Part shown: piece by piece, positions 54,631 through 64,000 of the stretch
How the letters are laid out: each line of letters opens with the position of its first letter
How positions within the stretch are numbered: the first letter of the stretch is position 1
From: Octopus vulgaris
Lineage: Eukaryota
Assembly (NCBI GenBank): GCA_951406725.2
Contig: OX597828.1
Coordinates: forward strand, 29,326,001 to 29,390,000
Reading direction: 5' to 3'
DNA length: 64,000 nucleotides
Translations under genes and position numbers: made by a program
The notes under the pieces: model-generated
What the model was told of the DNA's origin: nothing
Seen by the model: only the letters and a program-made list of their open reading frames with translations
Database searches by the model: none

Positions 54631-54791
54631 TTGATGCACTCTTCCATATATACATATAATATAGTATAAATAATATAATGCAGTATACTAAATATATTAT
54701 AATATAGGCGGCCGGTTAGCAATTAAAACCTAAATGCAAATCAATGAACAAGGGTGCAGATTAGTACCGGCATTGCTAGAAATAAGGGTCA

Positions 54792-54822
<31 letters not shown>

Positions 54823-54945
54823 ACACACACACTCTCACACATGTATAATATACATACAATGTATTTGCATATACATATACATCATATATATAAATATACA
54901 TATATAATATATATTACATATGTATATTTGCAGATACATACATGC

Positions 54946-54980
<35 letters not shown>

Positions 54981-55038
54981 TGTATGTATGTATGTATGTA
55001 TGTATGTATGTATGTATGTATGTATGTATGTATGTATG

Positions 55039-55088
<50 letters not shown>

Positions 55089-55181
55089 GGATAAAGCTGC
55101 AAAGACATCACAAAAATGTTCCCGTTCGTCGGACATTTTTGGTTGAGAAATATTTTCATGTTCTCTCAAAGTTTGTACTTT

Positions 55182-55234
<53 letters not shown>

Positions 55235-55343
55235 TTGTGATGTCTTTGCAACGTTATTGATAAAGCATATTACTCTACCTCCGCTATTCATATTTATATG
55301 CTTACTCTGGTATATATATATGCATACACACACTTACATATAC

Positions 55344-55429
<86 letters not shown>

Positions 55430-55877
55430 ATACATATGCATATGTGTGTGTGTGTGTATGTGTGTGTATATCTGTGTGTGTGTGGGGTGGTTTGGGTGTA
55501 TGTGTATCGGCAAAATCGTTAGAACACTGGGTAGAGAATGATTCGAAGTATATAGCCTAATTCTGAGCTGAAAGGTCAATGTTTTTTTCTCACCCTTTGA
55601 AGATGAATAAATAAAGTACAAGTACAGGGTAGTGGATATTTTTAGAGCACCAGACATGATGCATTGCGGTGACTCAGTTGCGTGAGTCCCGAGGATAAAA
55701 CCAGCCACCTCCCTGGCACCGCAATGTTACCGGTCATTGGGCTTCACAATAACGGTGTTAGGGACTTGGATATCCTTAAACAAGTATGTCAATACTTTTG
55801 CTGGTTTTTTCCAATTGCCTGAACGTGAGTTGGTTGGAGAAAACGTAAGGGAATGTCATGTGCACTTTTAAGAAGTT

Positions 55878-55944
<67 letters not shown>

Positions 55945-55947
<3 letters not shown>

Positions 55948-56165
55948 CTTTTATTCTTTTAATTGTTTCAGTTATTTGACTGCGGCCATACTAGAGCACC
56001 GCCTTTAGTCGAACCAATCGGCCCCAGAACTTGTTCTTTGTAAGCCAAGTACTTATCCTATCGGTATCTTTTGCTGAACCGCTAAGTTACGGGGACGTAC
56101 ACAGACCACCAGTATCAGTTGTCAAGTGATGGTGGGGGAAAAAGACAGCCACATTAGCATATAGA

Positions 56166-56196
<31 letters not shown>

Positions 56197-56345
56197 GACG
56201 GGCTTCTTTCAGTTTCCGTCTACCAAATCCACTCACAAGGCTTTGGTCGGCCCGAGGCTATTGTAGAAGACAATTGTCCAAGGTGTCACGCAGTAGGGCT
56301 GAACCCGGAACTATGTGGTGGGTAAGGATGCTACTTACCACACAG
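55945..56345 (-). mobile_element. SINE family A
   Basis: Reverse complement of 13593-13985 with an internal (CA)n. Confidence 0.9.
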
Positions 56346-56382
<37 letters not shown>

Positions 56383-56558
56383 CACACGCGGCATATACAT
56401 ACATACATAGATACATACATACGATACATGCATGTATATATATAAATGTGTGTGTGCGTATATATATGTATATATACACACACATCTTCTAAGTATATAT
56501 ATATGTATGTATCGATGTACATGTGCATATATATATATATATATGTATATATATATGT

Positions 56559-56828
56559 GGAGGCGCAATGGCCCAGTGGTTAGGGCAGCGGACTCGCGGT
56601 TTCGATGTTTATTGAGCGAAAACACTTAAAGCTCCACGAGGCTCCGGCAGGGGGTGGTGGTGATCCCTGCTGTACTCTTTCGGCGCAACTTTATCTCACT
56701 CTTTCTTCTGTTGGCCTGCTCACTTAGCCAGCGGGGTGGCGTCCTTTTAAAGCTAAGACAATGCAAAGCGCATTGTGACCAGCGATGTGTAGCAACATCT
56801 GATAGCCTGGTCGGTCACGGTGATCACG

Positions 56829-56877
<49 letters not shown>

Positions 56878-57045
56878 TATGACATCTGATAGCCTGGTTG
56901 GTCACGGTGATCATGGTGATATATATATATATATATCTTATAACATCTGATAGCCTGGTTATATATATATATATATATCTTATAACATCTGATAGCCTGG
57001 TTGGTCACGGTGATCACGGTGATATATATATTATAACATCTGATA
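56559..57045 (+). mobile_element. SINE family B, tail type 2, head-deleted, followed by tandem reiterations of its 3' end
   Basis: Element at 56559-56833; acatctgatagcctgg.tggtcacggtgatca.ggtga recurs in full or part near 56883, 56944, 56985 and 57036, separated by TA runs. Confidence 0.88.
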
Positions 57046-57262
57046 CACCACTGGATTGGGAGAAAGCGCTAATAATCCGAATGATATGATGAATGATATG
57101 ATAGATATATATAAAAATGTAATATATAAATAAATATCTATAAATATGAACCATCCGATCTGATTACCTATTTTTTTCTAATATATATGCATGCATGTGT
57201 ATGTATATATATATATATATATATATTAAATATCTATATATGTATACACACACACACTTGTG

Positions 57263-57337
<75 letters not shown>

Positions 57338-57430
57338 CTATATATGTATACACACACACATCTTCTAAGTATATATACATATATAAAAAATATATTTGCT
57401 TGTATATGTATGTATGCATGTATGTATGTA

Positions 57431-57492
<62 letters not shown>

Positions 57493-57961
57493 CTGTCTAT
57501 GTCTCTGTTTGTGTGGGCGCGTGCGTTTATAACTGCATGTTTCAATTTTCAGCGTCTGATTGCTATATACTCCAGCCATGATGGAAACGGAAGAACTGCA
57601 GCTTGCATTGATAGTATACTGCGAAGGATGTTGTTAGTTACAGACACAGCATGCTGTTCTATTTTCTTCTAAACTCCTGCTTCCCTCTTCAGTATTGATT
57701 TTATTTTTACTACGATTCCTTTCTCTCATACAAATAATATTCTGTACTCACTCAACGCCGCAGTATTTTAGCTGGTCGCTTACTTGCTACTATAACAGTG
57801 TACCTCGTACAGTTAACAAGTTTGTTAGTGTATTTTGCATTGTAGTAATTGGTCACACAATCAGTTCTGCTGTAATAACAATATTGATGAGAGATATGAT
57901 AGAATATTATTTAAAATGCATACATGTATGTGTGTGCATGTGCGTGTGTGTATTTAAGTGT

Positions 57962-58195
57962 GGTGGCGCATGGCTTAGTGGTTAGGGCGTTTCACTACTG
58001 ATTGTAAGATTGTGGTTTCGATTGCTGGACCGAGTGATGCGTTGTGTTTTTGAGCAAAACACTTTACTTCACGTTGCTCCAGTCCACTCAGCTGGCAAAA
58101 GTGAAAAATCTTGCGATAGTCTGGCGTCCCGTCCAGGAGGAGATACATACGCTACAGAATCCAGGACACCGGCCCTTATGAGTGTAGGGGTCAGA
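57962..58195 (+). mobile_element. Older tRNA-headed SINE of a distinct family
   Basis: tggcttagtggttagggcg...ggtttcgattgc head followed by ttgagcaaaacactttacttcacgttgctccagtccactcagctg. Confidence 0.7.
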
Positions 58196-58345
58196 AAGGA
58201 CCTTTGATTCTATTTCTTCTCTTGATTTTTAATGTATATAAACACGTATGTATGCATGCCAAGCTGTAGAATAGAATATACACTCCACTGAAACAAATCA
58301 CTCTTCACATATTATATATGTATATGTATGTATATATGTGTATGT

Positions 58346-58682
58346 GGAGGTGCAATGGCCCAGTGGTTAGGGCAGCGGACTCGCGGTCGTAGGATCGCAG
58401 TTTCGAATCCCAGACCGGGTGTTGTGAGTGTTTATTGTGTGAAAGCACCTAAAAGCTCCACGAGGCTCCGGCAGGGGTTGGTGGCGAACCCTGTTGTACT
58501 CTTTCACCACAACTTTCTCTCACTCTTTCTTCCTGTTTCTGTTGTACCTGCATTTTAAAGGGGCCAGCCTTGTCACACTCTGTGTCATACTGAATCTCCC
58601 CGAGATCTACATTAAGGGTACACGTGTCTGTGGAGTGCTCAGCCACTTGCACGTTAATTTCACGAGCAGGCTGTTCCGTTGA
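58346..58682 (+). mobile_element. SINE family B, tail type 1, 3'-clipped
   Basis: Matches 21195-21530. Confidence 0.9.
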
Positions 58683-59319
58683 ATGCATACAAGCATAAGT
58701 GTTTTTTGTATGCAAGTGTTTATAAATGTGTGCACGACTGATTGCATGTTTGTAAGACAAAATTAATGCTGAAATGCAAGTTAAGGCAAAATGAAATACT
58801 GCATTTGGAAAAGTGGTTCATAAAAGCCTTCATGAAGAAGATAAATATAATTTCGTTCAGAGACTTTTAATGGTTTGAATTATTTCTATGAAGATATTTA
58901 CAATGTGGAACTATGAAAATTTTTCAACTCTATTAATTGTCCGGTGCCATTTCCGTGTGTTTACCGTTATGTATTTCGAATTGTATTCAGATTGAGTATT
59001 GGTCTACAGTCAACCTCTGCTGAAAACCCGGGTTAAATTTTTATTTTTTTTCGTGTGCAGTCGCATCAGAAACGCATGTGCGTCGGGCCATGGAAGCATA
59101 ATGCTCGGCTTAGGCCTTTTGATGAGTATAACAAAGTTTCCGCTTTATTGTGCTCAATAGATTTAAACACCCCCCTCTTTCTTTCTCTCTCTCTCTCTCG
59201 CATTTACACGCGTTTATATGTATATACGTATGTGTGTGTGTGTGTGTTGGCATATCTATAGTGTTTCCCTGTCATTAATTACCTTCTCTCTATATATATG
59301 TGTGTGTGTGTATGTGTGT

Positions 59320-59883
59320 GGAGGCACAATGGCCCAGGGGTTAGGGCAGCGGACTCGCGGTTTCGATGTTTATTGAGCGAAAACACCTAAAGTTCCACGA
59401 GCATCCGGCAGGGGGTGGTGGTGATTCCTGCTGTACTCTTTCGCCGCAACTTTCTCTCTCACTCTTTCTTCTGTTGGCCTGCTCACTTAGCCAGCGGGGT
59501 GGCGTCATTTTAAGGCTAAGACAATGAGGGTTCCGGTTGATCCGAATCAACGGAACAGCCTGCTCGTGAAATTAACGTGTAAGTGGCTGAGCACTCCACA
59601 GACACGTGGACCCTTAACGTAGTTCTCGGGGATATTTAGCGTGACACAGAGAGTGACAAGGCCGGTCCTTTGAAATACAGGTACAACAGAAACAGGAAGT
59701 AAGAGTGAGAGAAAGTTGTGGTGAAAGAGTACAGTAGGGATCACCACCACCCCCTGCCGGAGCCTCGTGGAGCTTTTAGGTGTTTTCGCTCAATAAACAC
59801 TCACAACGCCCGGTCTTGGAATCGAAACCGCGATCCTATGACCGTGAGTACGCTGACCTAACCACTGGGCCATTGCGCCTCCA
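59320..59883. mobile_element. Tail-to-tail fusion of two family B SINEs (type 2 on +, 59320-59526; type 1 on -, 59526-59883)
   Basis: Junction ggctaagacaat-gagggttccggttgatccgaatc; both tails are truncated at the junction. Confidence 0.88.
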
Positions 59884-60543
59884 CGCTTCTTCCAATCAAC
59901 TTAAAACGTCAAGCAAAATCTCTGGATATTCACTTTCCTCTCCGCTGCAACCGTCTCCCTGTTTATCAACACTTACCTCACCCGCCTTCTTATCTGTTCA
60001 TCCCCTTCTCTCAGTAATGTCACTGTATCTGTCCCTCAAAATCAGACGACCTTCCATCTCCCCACCGCCGACGAAGCGTTCTATTCTAAATATGTCTTCC
60101 TCATCCCATAAAAAACTAAATTCCGCCGTTTATTTCATATTACTTTTTACCGACATAGAACATCTCTGTTTTCTCCCGATTTTATTGTTTTACTGAATAT
60201 CCTTACTATTTCTTGGCAGAAAACAATTGTCTTGTTCCGCCGATGAGTTCAATCAGATAGAAACTGTGCAGTGAAGTAGGTAATATTTGAGACATTACAA
60301 ATACAATAAACTTCTGTATACGGTGTCTTGAATTTATATTCTTTGCTTTAGACATTTTTTTAATAGATGAGGAAAATTTTTTTTTATGGCTGGAGGCACC
60401 ATTCGTTTTGATAAAACATGAATAGAAAGTGTTTAACACGATTCGTTAACTCACATACAAACGTGACTACAAGTATACGTATGTGTGAATGCATGGCTGT
60501 ATGTATGTGTGCGCGCGTGAATGTATGTAACTGCACACACACA

Positions 60544-60585
<42 letters not shown>

Positions 60586-60586
60586 G

Positions 60587-60621
<35 letters not shown>

Positions 60622-60622
60622 C

Positions 60623-60699
<77 letters not shown>

Positions 60700-61700
60700 G
60701 AGGAAATAAATAAAAGGTATTGTGACTTTGAAGTTTTTCGGGAGCAGCTTGTCAGAGAGTTTTTAAGTTTTCGTATATTCATACACTCTCAGTAAATATG
60801 TATGTACATACATATACATGCACACATACACAAACACCCATACACACACACACAACACACACAATAAACACTCACAAGCACACATACACACGCAACCGGA
60901 TTCGTCATAAATCATTGGATTTTAACACCTTCAACATAGGGCCAGGAATAGCAAAAGCTGTGGCTTATCAGATATAATGGTTGACAAAATTTTATTTCAT
61001 ATCTCATTGTTTCGCGTTCAAATTCCACTAGGATGTCTTTGCTTCTATTTCATCCGCGTTTATGAAATAAATCCCAGTCATATACAAGGATCGATTCCAT
61101 AGATTTCCGTTTATACTAACGTATCAAAGCTTCCTTTTTCTTTATAGCAAAGAAACGAGCGATGAAGGGCTTCTGACCTATCGAGTTCGTTTCGCAGTTT
61201 CGTTACTTGATTTAAACCCACTTCATATATTCTTCTAATGCATGACCTAATTCAAATTATGACCACGCCATGTTTCCTCCTCCAATCAATAGCTCAGCGG
61301 ACAAAATAAGAAGCAGTATTTCTTCCGACTCATTGCGTTCTAAGTTCAAATTCCATCGGGGTCGACCTTGACTTTCACACCTCCGGGGTGATAAAATAAA
61401 TATCAGTCAAGGATTGTGGTCGATTTAATCGACTGTACCCCTCCCCTTAAATTTGCTGGCCTTGTGCCAAAATTAGAATATTTCCTCTTCTTCCTCCTGC
61501 TTGTCCTGCTTCTCCTCTTCTATGGAAAGTCTATGTTTAGTAAGAATAAATTCCCAGCTTTTACATTGTGTGTCAAACATGAGAAAAACGTTTCTGACAA
61601 GTCAAGTTTTGTCAATCTAGATTCGATTTCTACTGGAATACACAACCATCTTGGATTTATAAGTTTCTTCTAACAATGATATCAAATAAACGGATTCACA

Positions 61701-61936
61701 AGGAATAGAAAAAGTCTTTTGCGTTTCGAGATACGCTCTTCGACAGAAAGATACACAGAAAAAAAACAAGGAGAGAAACAAGGAGAGAAAAAAATGCGTG
61801 TAGGAGCTAACGATCTATATAGATCGTTAGCTCCTACACGCATTTTTTTCTCTCCTTGTTTCTCTCCTTGTTTTTTTTTGTGTATCTTTCTGTCGAAGAG
61901 CGTAGGCTCGAAACGTAAAAGACTTTTTCTATTCCT
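61701..61936. repeat. Head-to-head palindrome (118-bp arms, no spacer) of a hammerhead-bearing element; the right copy continues to about 62011, then (TA)n
   Basis: Centre cgatctat|atagatcg (61818/61819); the arms differ at only a few positions. Confidence 0.95.
61885..61922 (+). ncRNA. Minimal type I hammerhead-like motif, CUGUCGA core
   Basis: UCUUU-CUGUCGA-A-GAGC(guag)GCUC-GAAAC-GUA/AAAGA: 5-bp helix I, 4-bp helix II, loopless palindromic helix III (ACGU). Confidence 0.7.
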
Positions 61937-62021
61937 GAGCGCTATACTAATACATTTGTTTGTTTGTACTCCACCTGCCTTCGTCTTTTGTTTATTTTCG
62001 TAAACTTTCCTTATATATATA

Positions 62022-62073
<52 letters not shown>

Positions 62074-62683
62074 GTATAAATATCAACACAATTATTTCTT
62101 CTTCCTTTTTTTTTTCTTCTTAAAAAATAAATATATTCTTTAATATATATATATATAAGATACAAAATATACATTAAGTGAAAACTAAATACAACACTTT
62201 AAACTATATACATTAAATCAAATTATTAATTAATATATTTATTTAATAAACATACAAATAAAGTCTAATACTCATTAAGCAATTTATACTAAAAATCTTA
62301 ATATTAATTAATATACATAATGCTAGTACAAGCCATAAATACTGGAATCAACAATAAGAAATGGTAAAAATATAGACACACCCATTATATAAACTAACTA
62401 TATAATTAATATATATGTAGTATCTATAGATTTAATATATCCCTCAATAATATAGTTGACCAAAATATCAATTAATATAAAAACTAATTTACTTAAATGT
62501 AATACTACTTGATAAATATACCACCAAATTATTAAATAATGTATTGTCTAACAAAATTAATTCTCAAATTAAATTATATGTAATACATTAAATCCCTTTA
62601 TAAAAATAATAATAAAGCATTCTAAATAAATAGATATCATAATTAATAACTATCAATATATATAAAAAGAATAATATTTCAAC

Positions 62684-62741
<58 letters not shown>

Positions 62742-62742
<1 letters not shown>

Positions 62743-62828
62743 GAGGGGTATATGAAAAGGTTTAATCCTTGAAGTCTTGTACCATGTTTTGTTTATTTTG
62801 AGGCTCAAGCCTTTTCATACACCCCTCG
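62742..62828. mobile_element. 87-bp mariner-type MITE
   Basis: TA-cgaggggtatatgaaaagg ... ccttttcatacacccctcg-TA (19-bp TIR, 1 mismatch). Confidence 0.85.
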
Positions 62829-62849
62829 TATGCATATACATATATACAC

Positions 62850-62908
<59 letters not shown>

Positions 62909-63271
62909 CATATATATGTATGTATGTATTATATATATATATATATATACATATACTTATACATACATATATACATATATGTCTCTATTTGTATTTGTGT
63001 ACCATTTCTTGTTTTTTCCAGTCCTTTTTTGTCGTATACATTCGCTGCTTTCTACCAAGAAATCTAGTGCTCTCAGCTTAGATTTTCCTTGGGGCTTGCC
63101 AGATTGGAGCAATCTCGATTAAAACCAGCCGAAACTGGAAAGATAATCTGGATCTCGGCTGGCGAAAGAAAACTCCGAATAACCCGTCCTTGTCTTTTCA
63201 TGTCCCTTTTTGTTTCATCCAACTGTCTAGTTGTTTTTTTGTCGCTCTAGTTCCATTTTTTGTATTCTTTC

Positions 63272-63323
<52 letters not shown>

Positions 63324-63433
63324 CTACATACGTGAATATATATTATTAGTTAATAAATCGTATGGTATATACCTGGTAGTTTGCCGGTAAAGCACGTTTA
63401 CTGTCTGAGTGTTTTGTTGGGTATTTGATAAAT

Positions 63434-63507
<74 letters not shown>

Positions 63508-64000
63508 AGATGAAGATGGGCGATACGAGAATCGTTATTGATCTCTAAAATTGTTTCGGTCCATCGAGCATCGATATCTTGCATGTGGGATTCTGAACAT
63601 CTGGTTTAGCTGTATCTCTCTATGTAGATGTGTCTCTTCAGGTGATGATTTTCAAGAGATGTATCATTAAAATTAACAGTTTCGCAAGATTTCTTCTTCA
63701 ACTTCGTATATAGAAGTGGCAAATTAAGATATACAGCTTATTCTTATAGAAAATCTATAACAAATATCATATACAAAAAGAAACAAGTACTCAATGCAGT
63801 GAAAAAGTATTAAATATAACTGTTAGTAGTTATGGTTGTAAAAAAACCCCACACATACGTGGTGCGGCGCAGGTACACTCGCTCGTACAAACGCACACGC
63901 ACATACAAGCACACAAAACATGCGTGGTTTGGCGCACATATGCTCCAACACAGAATTACGTAGATATTAATAAAGTCAGTGCCTATTACTGGTTAGTGAT

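Noticed and set aside
56786-57045. Repeat-spacer pattern resembling a CRISPR array
   Set aside because: The spacers are TA runs and the repeats are SINE tail copies; eukaryotic context with no cas genes.
59885-60420. Possible L1/Tx1 remnant and a CCGATGA...GAAAC motif near 60240
   Set aside because: No convincing protein motifs, and the RNA motif lacks helix II pairing.

Overview
Eukaryotic, AT-rich, extremely microsatellite-dense DNA that looks intronic or intergenic. The SINE repertoire and repeat landscape suggest an octopus (cephalopod) genome; this is inference from recalled repeat families. I find no intact host protein-coding gene: almost all listed ORFs are translated microsatellites. 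Mobile DNA present: a near-intact D,D34D mariner, a decayed DD37D/maT-type Tc1-mariner, remnants of RTE, CR1-type, I/Jockey-type and Penelope retroelements, three abundant tRNA-headed SINE families and several MITEs. The main signal is a set of short (about 150-450 bp) non-coding elements in or beside microsatellites, mostly (TA)n. Each carries a minimal type I hammerhead-ribozyme motif with a palindromic helix III, as known from Penelope pseudo-LTRs. They fall into about four sequence families with variant catalytic cores (canonical CUGAUGA, U3-A8 UUGAAAA, CUGUYGA, CCGAYGA), and two occur as long, near-perfect head-to-head palindromes. Other highlights are a LINE 3' end shared with a SINE tail, a multi-layer nested insertion, and a SINE with a duplicated body and 15-bp TSDs ending in TACC. 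All alignments were done by eye.
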